DNA from: Podarcis liolepis
Lineage: Eukaryota
Length of the DNA stretch: 64,000 bases
Reading direction: 5' to 3' (one strand)
Assembly: GCA_965112155.1 (NCBI GenBank)
Contig: OZ218107.1
Under the pieces are notes generated by a model. The model was given only the letters and a program-made list of their open reading frames with translations, did no database searches and had not been told where the DNA came from. This document shows positions 1 through 14,518 of the stretch, in pieces. Within the stretch, counting starts at the first letter, position 1, and every line of letters begins with the position of its first letter. The translations under genes were made by a program, and so were the position numbers.

Positions 1-1116
1 GGTGGCTTACTTTTAATGTTAAGGTAGCCAAAGTGTGTTTTAAACAAAAGAAAAGAAAAAGAAAAAGGTGGCAAGCTTTGCCATTTTTTCATATGGCAGT
101 TTGACTACTCATTGGCCCATCAGCATTCCCTCCAAAAGTTTGGTCAGAAATCCCCATGGGAATGATTCTGTGTCATGATGTGGTTTCATTTCCATACAAC
201 ATTTGCCCCCAAATTTCAAAGGTAAGCTGAAAGACTATAGAGGGGGCAGCCAAGCCTCTGCTTGAATCAGTAGTTTCATTGTTTAGAAAGGGGAGAGGAA
301 CTTTGACTGCCCTCACCCAAATGCTCTTCAACTTCTCTGCACCTGGATATTGATCCAATAACCCCCAAATACCGTAAATCTTTGAACCAAATGTGTCAGG
401 CCAGCAGCAGCACTAGTCCTTTGAAATCGGTAAACGTGATTTTGATAAAGCTACATACACCTGTCTGCACAGTAGTGCAGTAGCCAACTAGATGAATAAG
501 GCTGTATCCACATGGCAGTTTATTCATTTATTCTTACATTTACCCATTTACTTCCGCGTTATATTTGGGCTTTCACATGATGTAGAAGCTACTTCTGGAA
601 ATCTAGTGGCTTCCTGCAGCCAATCAGAAGACGTGCTTTGGTTTTCAAACATTTTGGAAGTTGAACGGACTTCCCGAACGGATTCCGTTCGACTTCCGAG
701 ATACAACTGTAGTCCTTAGCTTATATCCCTTATTTGTTCCTTAGCTTATGCTGAATAACACTCCTATTAAGTTTTGATTTTCTCATACTATTCTCTTTTC
801 CCTATCTTTTTATGCTTTTATTATTAGAATGTAAGCCTGTGGGCAGAGCCTTGTTAATTTTATCCTTCTTTCAGTGTCATTTTCAGCACTTTGTGGACAG
901 ATCTGCTGTTCTTTTTCTCATCCTGTGTACCCAGTCAAGCATTAGTATACCCAGTGCTGTGGTAGAGGAACAGCTGGGATGCTCATGAGCTAACCTTGGT
1001 ATCCAACTCCAGTTTAGCTCCTAGTGTGGGTACAATTGTTTTCGGTATCTTCCTGTGAAATATTTAAAATGTGGGAGATGGTAGGCAGCCAGTTCTGGGT
1101 GGGGTTGCCTTCCTTT

Positions 1117-1348
1117 TGAAGAAACCAGGCAAAGGGCCTTCTCGGTAGTGGCGCCTGCCCTGTGGAACCTCCTCCCATCAGATGACAAAGAAATAACTAT
1201 CTGATGTTTAGAAGACATCTGAAGGCAGCCCTGTTTAGGGAAGTTTTTAATGTTTGATGTTTTATTGTGTTTTTAATATTCTGTTAGGAGCCGCACAGAG
1301 TGGCTGGGGAAACCCAGCCAGATGGGCAGGGTATAAATAATAAATTAT
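1117..1348 (+). mobile_element. L2 LINE 3' end
   Basis: agggccttctcggtagtggcgcctgccctgtggaac (RAFSVVAPALWN, L2 ORF2 terminus), then a 3' UTR ending gggtataaataataaattatt. Confidence 0.8.
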
Positions 1349-3020
1349 TGTTGTTGTTGTTATTTATTTTATTATGCATACTTTGGGGGTTCTGCTGAAT
1401 CCAACTTCATCATTAGTAGGGGTGGACAGAATCTCAGTTTCTCTCAATTTCCCATTTTTCCAGTGTTAAGTTTGGTTTTCCACATTTCCACATCAATTTG
1501 CGATTTATTTATTTTTAAAGTTATCCTGAAAATTCATCAGCATTCCTTCTAGAAAGCATATCCTGCCTTTATTAAAACACATACCTTCCTTTATAATTTC
1601 TTGAGAAAGTGTAACTCTGTCCTGTTCAGCAAGGACAGGATCACCTTAGTGGAAGCGTGATTGGTGATTGGTTACAACACTTCTGTTTTATTGCCTCACC
1701 TTTATGGTGGGAAGCTTCAGTGAAGTGAATGACAACCCATTGTAACTCGCCATCTGTGCCTCAGTGAAATCCTCTTATATTCAAGCCAGGGTTTACTGAT
1801 AAGCCCAATCCTGTAACTAGGATGTCCCTTACTCTATAAGTTGTTCAGCTTTTCCTGAAGGCTGCTCCATACTGCCTCCTGTGTGATTCCTGTGGGGACC
1901 CAATTTCTTTTCCATTAGCTTTAGTTAGTGTCCCCTCCTTGCCTCTCATCCACTTTCCTTTCCTCTTCAACTTTCTTATTTTCAATGAGACACCTCTTAG
2001 GAAAGCACAAGCCACTGTCGTCCTGACAAGGGCGTTACTCTGCTTTTGCAACACGTTGGAGTAGGGTTGAGGTTGAAGGAACCCAGAGGAAAATATATAG
2101 GCTCTGAGTTCAAGGTCAGTTTGTCAACCACCACTTAGGGACCACTATATTGACAGACAGAAGGGTTGTATGAAACACTTAATCCGTGTCTGCTCTGTAG
2201 CCCAGCAGTAATAATGTGCTGACATGTTATAGGGGAAATCCAGCTTTTTGTTTCTCTTTGTTCATCCTATAACAGAGCAGGTAATTATTGCATTTCAACT
2301 TTCTCACTTCTCCCTGTTCCTCTTACTTCATGAATCTTGCTTTTTCCTAGCTCTCGCAAGAGCTGAATTCCAGCTATTTACATGTGAACATTTCCTCTTT
2401 CTGTTTCTCTCTCTCTTTTCATAGCTAAGCCAGGTCTTCAAGACTCTACCTCCAGCCTCTTCCCACTATCTTCACAGTAGTAACTATGGATATTCTCTAT
2501 GCAGTGTAGTAGGGTGGGTAGCCTGTGTAATGTGTAACTATTAATCATTTTATTCCCCTTGTATTTCTAAATCAGCACTGCAAGCTACAGTGTTTTTCTT
2601 TTACTCCTTAAGCCTTTTTTTGAACAAAAATTCTAATTATAACAACTGTGTGATTATTGCTAAATACCCCCAAATTAGTCAAGGTACCAGTGGTGTTTTA
2701 GAAAATGTTAATCCGGCCAACTGCAATAAGGCCTATAAGCAAACAACTGTCTTCAGTTAAGATCACAAGAGTAGTATTGTTAATTCCCCCAAATTATCAT
2801 TTCTCTGATTACGCATGTAAGGAAATCACGTGTGTACTGGTGCACAAGCAGATTTGGCAACACTAGGGGCTATTACCAGAGTGTAACTACAACCTCACTT
2901 CTAGATACATTCCATTAGATACTGGAGCTATTCCAGTCTGATTGCCAATTTAGTAGTTTGAGGACAGAACTGGCTTTGCTTGTCCTGACTCCTGGTGGAT
3001 CGTTTACAGTGGGAGAAGGG

Positions 3021-3045
3021 GTGTGTGTGTGTGTGTGCGCGCGCG

Positions 3046-3092
<47 letters not shown>
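3021..3092. repeat. Compound microsatellite (GT)n(GC)n(CT)n
   Basis: Directly visible. Confidence 0.98.
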
Positions 3093-3096
<4 letters not shown>

Positions 3097-4339
3097 ACTG
3101 TGTGTTTTCCACCCTCACAGAAAGGAAGTCATGGCCACTCCCCCTGTTCCATTTCCACTTTCCTCGTTTCTCTCTATTCTTCATCTGTTTCTCTCCATGC
3201 CCTGCTGACCTGGCAGCAGCTGTTCTCCAGTGCTTTGAAGCAGCCCAAGTTGTTGTGTCCCCTCCTTTCCAGTGTTTTCCTCCTGGTATCCCAACAGCCT
3301 TTGGGGTGGCTTGTGGCTTTCAAGCATCCAAAGATGACATCAGCAATGGGTGCTGAGAGCAACGGCAGCTCCATATCTGGTGGACGGGTCCACACAACCT
3401 CACAGGTCCACCACCAAAGGCAGGTATGGACTGGTCAGGGGTTGGCAGTGGGCTCTCCTGAGGACACAAGCCATTGGCTGTTGGTCCCATAGTTGACAGT
3501 GTTTCTGGTTGTTTCTGGAGGGCTGGTCTCAGAAAGTGGAGTTAGGCTACTGCTGCTTCATCCCTTGCCTTTTAATATATGTGAAGCTGCTAGAGTCTGT
3601 CGTCACCCATGCTGTGTAATATCTTTGTGATATTGTTGGTTGTGGATCTGCAAGCTGAACCATTACCTGGGCAAAATATATCTAGTCATAGTTTCTCATA
3701 CCCTAGGGCCATCCAGATTGGATTATCCCTTTATGTGAGGTGCTAGGAAACTGCCATGAGTACAGATTGCTGTTGTCCGCTTACAGGACTAGATTCTCAG
3801 AGCATATACCAGCATATATCAGCTGCTATCTAGTTTCCAGGACCAATTCAAAATGCCATTTCTGTTAGTTAAACCTTGAAGGGTCTGCAACCAGGGTATC
3901 TTAGGGCCCAGCTTTCTCCTTTATGAGTCTGTTGGTAATCTGTTGGTAAGTTCAGGTCACCTTCAGAGGCTGAGCTTTGTGTTCCCCATTCCTATCCTAA
4001 GGCGTAGTAAAGACCTTCTTTGTATTGGACTGAGATTATGCTACTTTCCTCCCTATGATTAGGCTCATCTTGCTAATTTTCAGGCAGCTACTTAATATAC
4101 TTGAGGCCTAGAAAATCTTTAAATTGTATGATTCTTTCTGCCCCCCCCCCGCCATTCCCTACTACTGATTTTACTGACTAATTTTAAAATCTGAAATAGT
4201 TTGCACATGTCAGGTGGTTCTTGGGGTTTTTTTTTTACTGCAATTTTAATGTTTGTTGTATCCACCTTGTTTTATTTTGTTTTGTACAGATTGTTTGTTT
4301 TGACACTAAGGTGACTGTGTATCTACAATCAGCACTGGC

Positions 4340-4402
4340 AATTTAATTTAATTTAATTTAATTTAATTTAATTTAATTTAATTTAATTTAATTTAATTTA
4401 AT
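4340..4402. repeat. (AATTT)n microsatellite
   Basis: About 12 perfect units. Confidence 0.98.
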
Positions 4403-4997
4403 GTATTGCCTGTATAGTCCACCTTTTTCTCCAAGAATCTCAATGTGGTGGTCAAAATAAATGTCAACTCTGTGGCTTGGTCTTAAGTTAAGTGTTTAGA
4501 AATCACAAAGTTGTGAAACGCCCCTTTCCTGCTCTCCCCCCCCCAACCCCTGTGCTTGCCCAGAGATTATGATGGGACATGAAAACGCATGCACATTATG
4601 AACAAGATTTTCTTCTTATACTACTTTGAGGGGGTGGGGAAACAGTCTCATCTGTCTCCAGTTTGGTGTGTATCTGGGAAAAATATATATGGATATTATG
4701 TTCAAATGTGGTATGGGACGAGAAACCACAGTCAAATTCAGACACTTCTAATTTTCTTTAACACTTTTAAGAGATGTTTGTTGTTATTAAATTCTTGGTT
4801 TGTCTTGTCAATTTGGTTGCTTACTTTTCCATCCATCCCCCTCCTATAGAATCACTGAAGTCCAGCCTCAAACCTCATCATAGGAGGCACAAGAGAGTGT
4901 TTTGGGAGGTGTTTCTATAAGGTTATATCTCCTTCACAGTTTCATAGATGCTATTGGGTAATTTTTTTCTTTCTGAAATGTAAAAGTCCCTCTAGAG

Positions 4998-5132
4998 CAG
5001 GTGTGGGGAATCTGTCTTTCCAGTTAGTGCTGAACTACAACTCCCATCATCCCTGACAATTGACCATTCTTGCCGTGGCTGATGGGAGTTGTACTCAGAA
5101 ACATCTAGAGGACCATAGATTCCCCACACCTG
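4998..5132. mobile_element. hAT (Charlie-like) MITE
   Basis: TIR caggtgtggggaatct/agattccccacacctg. 8-bp TSD ctctagag/ttctagag. Confidence 0.9.
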
Positions 5133-8100
5133 TTCTAGAGAATAAGATCAATCCTCAAGCCACATTGTAGCATAGTCAACCATGTATCCATGATGAATAC
5201 TCCTTATGACCAGATTGTTAAACTTCTGTGCAAAACATATGGATACCAGCAATACTGCTGTGATAGCTAAGAACTCCATTCCGTGTCCATTTATATTGTA
5301 ATTGAGGATGCATTTGTCTTGAATGCAAGTGTGTGCAACGGTGCAATTTCTGTGTCTTCAAAGAAAGTGTTTTAGAGTATTGAAGGTCATTGAGTTACTA
5401 GAGTTACTTGTACACTGTAACAGTATAGTTACAGCGTGCTATACTGAAAACTTGCTTTATTTCAGTAGATAACGCTGAGAATCACATCTCTGATTTTGGG
5501 AAGATGCACTTCCAGCACTCTTACCACCACAATATCACAGCCTGATTGCAGTTTTCCATAATGATGTTGCAAACATGCACCTCAACACAAACATTTAGGG
5601 ATTCCAGCACACCCATGAAATGCGATGGTAGGATTATTTTTGTGTGTAAATTGTATATAGTGTATACTTTAGTCATAACTCTCAATATGGAGCAAGTAGT
5701 TATGTTCTCACATAGCTATGTTCTCTCATAGCATTGGTTTATTGATGTAGTGATTACTGCATTATTGTTAGTCTGTGAAAACTGTTCCAAAAGAGCATTT
5801 ATTAAATATTCAGTAGTTGCTAAATAAAAGCACATGCTTAGGCTGTACTAATTGCTTGCCACATTCTATTAGAGCACTTCAAAATGTATCTTGATGTATC
5901 TTGATACAAAAGTGGCTGCATCCAGCACAGCTTGCCAATTAAGAGTATAAGAAAAAAGGGTGAAAGTAACAGGGACAAAATGTTTAAAAGAGGATAACGC
6001 AACCAGTATGGGTAAATTGCAGTAGTTTAGTCGCTTAAAAAGAGAGGAGGGGAAAGAGTATTTGGAATGCATGTCTGTTACATGCCGGACAAGACTTTGC
6101 AGACCAGACAGTCCTGAAATTATCTACATTGGCAATGTTACAGGAGTCCTATTTGTAATGTACTCCATTATGTTACAGTATATTTTTGGTGTGCGAGAGC
6201 CATATTTTTCCATGTAAAGGAAGATATAATCAAATTATGGGTAAACTTAACCTTCTGCATAGCTGGATTCAGCTGATTATTTCATCAAATTATTGATCCA
6301 CTACTACCTGTAAGGTCTGAGGCAACTTGGGCTCAACTATGTAACTATATAAGCATCAGTTACAAATATATAAAGAAAACAAGTCTGGGGTGAGTACTTT
6401 CAATAGCCAGATCTTTTATATATTCCGAATGTAACAAGAATGTCTTTTTTAAAATAAAAAAATGGTGATTGTAGGGTACGGTATATGTTCCTATAGGGTA
6501 GGAAATACAGACAGGGAAATAATGTTTGTTTGGCTTTTTCTGTAAATTAGCTGCTACATGTCAGAAACCTTCAATGGGTTGGGGATGCAAACAGAGGACC
6601 TTGGAATAAATTGTACGTGTGTCAGTGTGTTGCCCAAAGCATGTATGTTTACAGTTCTGGAATGCAGTATTGATCAGGTACCTGTTTGATCAGAATTGAA
6701 GCAAAATGGATAACACCAGCTTGAAGACAATGCTTTTAAAAATCGCACTGAATACATGAGGAAAATTCAACAACCAGAAACACTAGGTTCTTGGACTAGT
6801 TCCTTGATCCCTCTTACTAGCCCAATGGAATTTCAGCAGTAAAGCTTTTTAATTATTGTTCTGACATTGCATGTTTAACTCTAATCAAACAGTAAACCAA
6901 TTGACCATAATATCCTGGTTTTATAGACTGTGGTTTGAATAGCTAGCCAAAGATAACCTCCACTGTTCTTGATAGATATTTAAAGCAATTACCCAGTGAT
7001 AGAGTAGCACTCATTCAAAAGGGAAGAGGATTTTAAAACGTTTCCTTTAGATCCATAACAATAAAACATTGTTCTACTCGTACTTGCAGAAATAAAAATG
7101 TGATTTAATGTGAAAATGGCTTACAGAGTCTTTATCTTTAGATATTATTTTTGCTTAAGAAATCATGTTGCAAATTGCACTTGGTAAAGCAATAGAACTG
7201 TTGCTATTAACCTGCACCCATCCATAGATAGTACTCTTGTGTGCATTCCGGAAACATGTATTGGATAACAGAAAGTGCCATTAATAAGGTTTGAGGGGAG
7301 GGAATAATGAAAGCCATTGTTCATTGTGAAGCCAAAATATGTGAGTTGTTCAGAATGCATTTGGGGTTATTGTTAAAATTATAAAGAATTTTTCATTAGC
7401 ATTATAATGGGTATCTGTGGAAACATTACAGAAGTAAAGGTACTAAGCACTCTGATTTTAAATAACTACCACTTTTTTATGAAGAGCAATGGGTGAATTA
7501 TCTTTGGTGTTTTAAGGAAGACCTACTTAAAATATAAAAAACCAAGTGCAATGGGGGAGCAAAGTCTTGTCAATTAGTTGCTGGACATTACAAAGGAATG
7601 AAACATTCATTAGAGGAGGATACTTACAACTATATGGTATTTCAGCACCCGGCAGTAGTTCTTTACTTCAGTGATTTAATCAGTCATGTAAGAAAACTTG
7701 ACTTCATTCTTTATAGCGATTATTCATTTGCTCTTTAATCTGAAGTAGATTTTATATGTATTCTAGCAACCTCTGTCCTTAGCAAAGCTAAACACTGATA
7801 TCGAGAACTAATACTGGAACTGATCTGTGATACATATTTTTTTATCATGTGAATAAGCACTGCATGACAAAGTCCATTTTAAATTTGTAAATAATTTCAA
7901 ATGTACACCATCAAAACTATGCTAAAGAACAGGTACACTGCACAGCAACCATAAGCATATTGCTCATTTAGGAACATGGCAAGGTGGGAATTGAAATAAT
8001 TTTAAGGATGTGATCCCAGGATTTACTTTGGCCACACCCAGGCTATGTGTGTAATCAGTGTGTTGCCTGACTACTTTTTTGAGCACCTGATTCCAAATGC

Positions 8101-8467
8101 CGTCTCGCAAACCATTGTTAAAAGTTCCTTAGATTGCACTGGTGCATTGCGAGGAGACTTTTTGTCAAGTTCCAAAGGTTTCCTGTTTCACACAGAACTG
8201 GCTGCATGGCCTTGACTCTTTTTTCCCCTTTCAGATTTTCACCAATAGAATTATTGGAGTCAAAACCACCATTGCCATTTTAAGTCTTTCTTTTAACATA
8301 ATTTTAAAAATTATTTATTCGTTTATTTTAAATGATCTCAGTTTGCTGTCATTTTCATGGTATGTGTACAGCCACACTTTGCATGATATCTGAACCTAAT
8401 GCTGTAACTCACATCTGTAGAAATTATTATTTTATTTATCATTACTTTTATACATGATTCTCCTCCT

Positions 8468-8620
8468 GATTTTATCCTCATAACAACCCTATGAGGTAGG
8501 TTAGGCTAAGTAAGAGATAGCAACTGGCACAAGATCACCCAGGGAACTTCATGGCTGAGTGGGAATTGGTACGCAGGACTCGGAGGTCCATTACTCTAAA
8601 TACTACACTACACTGACTCT
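8468..8620 (-). mobile_element. MIR/CORE-type SINE
   Basis: ttatcctcataacaaccctatgaggtaggttaggct...caagatcacccagggaacttcatggctgagtgggaatt is the reversed CORE-SINE pattern. Confidence 0.7.
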
Positions 8621-10399
8621 TTGTCTATTCCTGCAGTTGGCTAAGCCCAAGCATGCAGTTTTCACAAACCACGAAGGCCACACAGAGTATGTTAAAAGCT
8701 GAATACATTAGAAACTGAAGCAGGTCTCCAGATGAACATCTTAAGCTCTTTAATTGCTGGACTACTGCCAATGCAATTAGACAGTTCAGGTTTAAGCCAA
8801 TTTTCCGTAAGTTAAACAAATGTGCTGGGTCACACATGCTTTTCTATCCAATCTCCTTGCCTGTTGTTAACTAGAAATTATCAGCAAAATCTAAAATAGT
8901 GCATAGTTCTCCCAAGTTTACTCTTATTTGCTTTACAACTCAGGTAAAAGTTTTTTTCCTAATAAAAACATTTATGCTTCTTTTTATAGAGAACTGCTTT
9001 AATTGGGTTGTTTTCTATTAAATGCTTTCCGTCAAGGGCCCCACTTGTGACTCACCAGTTGCAGCTTTTCAGCTAGGCAGTTTCCATATTACACTGCTTT
9101 CTTATTTCCTGTTTTTTGCCTGTCCCCTTCCATGAAAGTCAGTTCTTCAAGGCTGACTCCAGTAAGCCATTGGTGTATAGATATATGAAGCTGGCCTCCT
9201 GGTGACAGCAGCAATAGATAAATTAATTATAGCAGTGAGGGCAACTTCATCAACCTTGGATTGGGGCTGCTACTGGTCAAGTAGTATTGTTGGGAACATC
9301 CTAGATGGGCAGACCAATCCTACCTTGCTGCTGTTGCTACTGGGCTCTGCAGAGCAGCAGAGCTGTAGCCTGGCTACTTATGGTGATGATGGCATAAAAC
9401 ATGGGTTGTGACCAATCCCTGTGCCACCTCCAAGCTGGTGCCACAATCAAGTCTGTATTGGGCCCAATGCCAGCTGGCACCAGCTGTGAAAGCAGCTCAA
9501 GATCTAGCGGATCCTAGATCAGCTCAGTTATTTCAGGGTTTTCTGTCAGTGGAGATAACAGGAAGACACAGCCTGCCCTCACATTCATCATGTGGAAGAC
9601 AGACTTCTACACTGATGGAGTGACACTTATGTCCATCAGGTGGCGGTCAGATGCCTCCACTTGTTCCAAGTTCCCCACAGCTTGGCATTAGAGGGGATTC
9701 CGATTGCAGCCTTAGTCAGTGAGCAGTTGCTTAGATTTGTGAATTTCATGGTAAATTTGAAGCACAATGTTTGTGCATGGTTTTTCATGAAGGTGTTCAC
9801 TTCCCCTGGTTCAGAACCCACACATTGTCATACCCATAAATGCTGCAGTGAGGCCAGAAGGGGGCATTTGATATGGCCACAACTTTGTGCAGAAAAGTGG
9901 AAACATCTTTTTCATGACTCAACTGTTCAAGACCCATAAATTAATCCCAAATTTGCACTCGGGATGGGGAACCTTTTTGGGGTACCCCTTGATGGTTGGT
10001 TGAGATAACGCACCTGTCATTCACATGGTGTCAGATGGTTGACAGGTGGGTTGTCCTACCCTACTGTCAAAATCCCTTGCCCAGGGATCCCAAGTGTAAG
10101 GGACTTTCTTAGGCTTATGCTTGGTAGGAGGTTTTGTAGCTAGGAAGAACTGTTTGGACCCTAGGAAAGATGAAGAAGCCTTCCCAATCTAAAAAGGTCT
10201 TCAACATGGGATCAAGCATTCCCTGTGAGCCTCACAGAGCACAGCCACGCATATCAGCAGAGCGATTGTGTCAGTCATGGCCCTAGAAACCACAGCCTGC
10301 CATACATGGGTTTGTTCAGCAGTTTGATAGGGCTCCTGTTGGAAGACTCATATGAACTCTCCCTTGTCATCCAGATAACTGAAAAAGGATGACACTATC

Positions 10400-11030
10400 T
10401 TAAGAACATAAGAGCCTGCTGAAACAAACTAATGGCCCATTAGGTCCATCATCCTGTTCTCATAGTGGCCAGCCAGACATCTGTGTGATGCGCTCAAGAG
10501 GACCTGATTGCGGCACACTCAGCTCACCTGCAGTTCCCAACAACTGGTGTTCAGAGGTATACTGCCTCTGACAGAGTAGGTGGAACTTAGCCATCATGGT
10601 TAATAGCTGTTTATAGCCTTATTTTCAATCAGTTTGTCTGCATCTTCATTTATAGATAGCCAAATTGGTGACCATGAATGCCTCCTTTGGGAGTACTTCC
10701 TTTTGTCTGTTGTGAATATTGCAACATGCAGCTTCATTGGATGTCCACTAGTTCTGGCGTTATGAGAGAGGGAGAAAAACTTAATCCACCCACTTTCTCT
10801 ATGCCATGCATAATTTTATAAACTTCTGTTTGCCATTTATCTAAACTAAAAAGTCCCAAATGATGCAACCTTTCCTCATAGGGGAGTCACTCTAACCTAA
10901 CCCCTTGATCATTTTGGTTGCTTTCCCCCCTGAAACTTCTCCAATGCTATAATATCCTTTTTGAGGTGAGGCAGCCAAAACTGTACGTAATATTCCAAAT
11001 GCGGGCACCCCATATATTTGTATAATGGCA
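10400..11030 (-). mobile_element. CR1 LINE 3' fragment
   Basis: Reverse-complemented CR1 tail (aagaacataagagcctgctg...catcctgttctcatagtggccagccag) followed by decayed ORF2-type sequence (...ttttgaggtgaggcagccaaaactgtacgtaatattccaaatgc). Confidence 0.8.
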
Positions 11031-11907
11031 CCACTGAAAAGCCAACGAAGAAGGTATGTGTCTAACAAGAAATGGGAGGGAGTTCCAAAGGGTAGTTGCT
11101 GCTACAATAAATGTTATCCAGAAATAACTTAGAAGGACAACTTAGAAGGACTTTCATAATTTTTTTAAAAGGCATTCTTTTTGAAAATAGGTCAGAAAAT
11201 GTGCTTTGGCCTTATTTTAGACTAAAAAAATAAATAAATCATTCAGTAATAGAATTTAAACAAATTATTTAAATATAAAAGCATACTTAAGAAACTGTGC
11301 TGTGCCTTCTAAAGACTGTACTTGACAGTTTCACCAGCCATTGAAATGTCTTGAGTTCCACTGCAAACTGAATTAAGCTTTGCGTTTAAAAAACAAAACT
11401 CTGTTTAGTTTGAGTCCAGATGATACTACAAGTTATATTGGCTGTGTATGACCATTATGCATTACTTTTTAAACTGTGATGACAAGCATGTTTGCAAAAA
11501 TCACTGACTTGAATGTTTTCTTCACAAATGCAAAATTGTGTGTTGTTAACAAACTAAAAAAGAGTTGTGCCACTTCTCAGTTTTCTTTCTGAAAACATGC
11601 TACACTGTTTTGAGGTTTGGTCTTTGAGGGTGAAGTGCCCTCAGGTTTGTTTGTGACTTCTCTGTTTTCTTGTATGGTCTGCTGCTGCTTCTGTGGTCAC
11701 AACTTCATATTGTTTAGCTCAAGAATTCTGCGGGGCACCTAATTGCCAGAACTATTGGCTGGAGAAATGGTTAGTTAGTTTAATAATTTGTTTGTGCTAA
11801 TGTTTATAAGTGGGGGAATCCTTATTGCTAAGGTAATTTGGCCCAATCTAGCCATTGAGTGCCTGACCTGAAAAATTTCATATACAGTATGCAGAATCCT
11901 TTAACTA

Positions 11908-12069
11908 CCATATTTTTCCATCTATAAGACGCCCCCATGTATAAGACGCCCACTATTTTGGGGGACTCAGATTTTAGAAAATGGGGGGAGATGTATCTGT
12001 ATAAGACGCCCCCTAATTTTTGACTATTGTTTAGGGGAAAAACATCGTCTTATACATGGAAAAATATGG
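11908..12069. mobile_element. pogo/Tc2-like MITE
   Basis: TA|ccatatttttccatctataagacg ... cgtcttatacatggaaaaatatgg|TA. Internal repeats of tataagacgccc. Confidence 0.9.
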
Positions 12070-14031
12070 TAATTCCTGATGGTAGGTTGTGTTACATTCT
12101 GAGTGTGGAAGACAGGCTTTGTATTGGTTTTGCCATGCAATGAAGCCAGGTGATTTGTTTATTATTCTTGTGAGCGGTTTTGAACATCATTTGGAAATCC
12201 AGCATATAAATAAACATGATGAGGTGAAATTCAGAATTGTAGGTGTTCTCTCAAAATTTCACATTGCTTTTAAAGGCGTTAAGGCTGTTGGTTCTTGCCC
12301 CTTATGCCAAGATATTCTGGATTATGCAAAACATATACATAGCATATTTCTGAATAGCCATTGGTGTTATTGTCAGAGCCCAAGCCTATTGAATTATAAG
12401 CAACATCATGCCTTTCTAAAGAACTGGCCATAGCTTTGAATAAGATTTTATTAGATAATAATGCCATACATGTAAATATAGCAGCTTTATAATTCTGATA
12501 AGCTTAATAGTTTGTTGCAGCATAAGCAGACCCGAAGTGATTCCTTTGTAGATCAAGAGTTGTGCAAACATACAAAAAAAAAAATAAAAATGAAAAACCC
12601 TTGCATATACTTTCTCAGTGAGTGTATTGTTACATTTTTCTCCCACTAGTTTAAGCAAAGACAGTATTTTATATCACACTGTAATACATTTGCCATCAGG
12701 ATTACATATTAAACTTTTATTATTATTCATAATAGTATTGTCTGATATTTGATCTTGCATTTGCCTAGGTTTTCTTTTTTTCTCTTTGCCTTATTTTTTA
12801 GAGGAAAATGAATTATTTTAAGAAATAGGTGGCCTGCCTACTTCTACCTTGTCAGGAGTGCTCCAAACTCAAGGCCTAAATGTTAAGTTAAAAATCCCAG
12901 ATTGCTGAACCCAGCAGGCTTTGCCTCACATTGCTGAAGAAATTGAGGAGGGGTGGACACATTTATAGTGAGTTGGAAGTATGAGACCAAGTACATATGG
13001 AGGGCCAAACCTTAGCTTAGTGCCTGAGGCTTGCATGTACCCATACTTCTTTCCAGCTCTGCCATGAGCAAAAGGTGAGCTTGGAAGCTTTTGCTTCCAC
13101 ATTTATTTAACCACAGCTTGTTGTGCCTAAACCTACAAACTGTGATTAAGGTTCACAGTGGTTTGCTTCTAACAAAGCATTGTTAACTTTAACTACAGTT
13201 TGTCACTTTGAACAAAATGGCAAGCTCCAATTAAGCAAAACAGAAGCAATTCCCCCTCCTGCTAAACTCCTTGCAGTTGTGCTGGTGGAGAATAGTGTTG
13301 TCCAAATACGGTCAATATCTCAAAATAGAGTGATCAGATAGAAAGGAAGGCAGGGCTTCTGTATCTTGAACTGCGGACGAAGGCATTTTGGTTGGACTGA
13401 GAGATACAGTCTGCATATAATAAGAAGTATGAAAGTTTGGTGCATTGGGTTTTGTTTGGTTTTTGCTATAGCTACGCTGATTTTTTCATCCGATATGAGA
13501 AGCAGTATGTTATTTTTCCTACACAGAGATTTATCTCCATGTTTATCATAAAGTTTGAAGCAGCCCCCATTGGAAGGAATACAGCAAAAGGTTGTTTCTA
13601 ATGGAAGCTTGGGAGTGTCTGGTACCAATTATTTTACAGTTCTTTTCATTAATTGCCTTCATTATATATCATTAAGATTTAAGGTCTCCCCCCTGGCCTA
13701 CTTCTTTTCATTATGCTTTTCTAGTCCATCTATTTCTCCCTTATTTTCATGGATTCTCATGGCATGATTCCCATAGCCCATCTGTTAACTATGTCCTTTC
13801 TGGTTCAGTGAAAACATAAAGTTTAAATTCAGTTTTTAGGGATCATACGTCATCCATGCTCTTTTTGTGCTTTAGTCATCCCTTCATGCACACAAATACC
13901 CCATTCCTCTCTGCCCTGGTTTTTTGGCACTAGATCTTAGAAATTACTGCTTTATTCCAAGTGATGCCATGGGTCTATTTAGCTCAGCATTGCCTCTACC
14001 AGGGTTTCCCAAACTTGGGTTTCTGGCTGAC

Positions 14032-14168
14032 CAGTGATAGTGTTCTAGAAAAAGAGGTGCAGGATCTCACCATGAACACCTCCCTTGTTCTCTTATAATG
14101 GCAATGGCATCTACCTGAGAGTTGCCGGAACTGAGTTCCAGTGAGTTCTGGTTGAAAAAAAAGCCCTG
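14032..14168. mobile_element. Short non-autonomous DNA transposon (hAT-like)
   Basis: cagtgatagtgttctagaaaaagaggtgc ... gaaaaaaaagccctg. A related left end cagtgctttttttcctaggaaaaaaagtgtcagtactcacc occurs at about 24867. Confidence 0.55.
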
Positions 14169-14471
14169 CTGCTGAAATATTATGTGAAATTACCTACATG
14201 TTGGCTGTGATGGGTCAGTCTTGTTGGCAGACAGGCAGTTTCTAGGCTTCAGCTGACCTGCAGGCACCACTATATTGCCTACATAATGTGGAGCAGCTAA
14301 AACCCAAAGGGATCTGTTTCATGACTCTTTAGGAAGACTGTGCTGTTAACATGCCACCACCAGCAATCAGGTCATGTTGTGACAAATGTTGGTTGAACCC
14401 AGGGCACAGAGCTTCCACTGATATTTAAATATTGGATAAAGTCAGGAAGAAAAACAACAGAATTTGAAAGG

Positions 14472-14473
<2 letters not shown>

Positions 14474-14515
<42 letters not shown>
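14474..14515. repeat. (GT)n microsatellite
   Basis: Directly visible. Confidence 0.98.

Positions 14516-14518
<3 letters not shown>

Noticed and set aside
2915-3492. ORFs with SLSLSL / RERERE runs
   Set aside because: Translation of the (GT)(GC)(CT) microsatellite.
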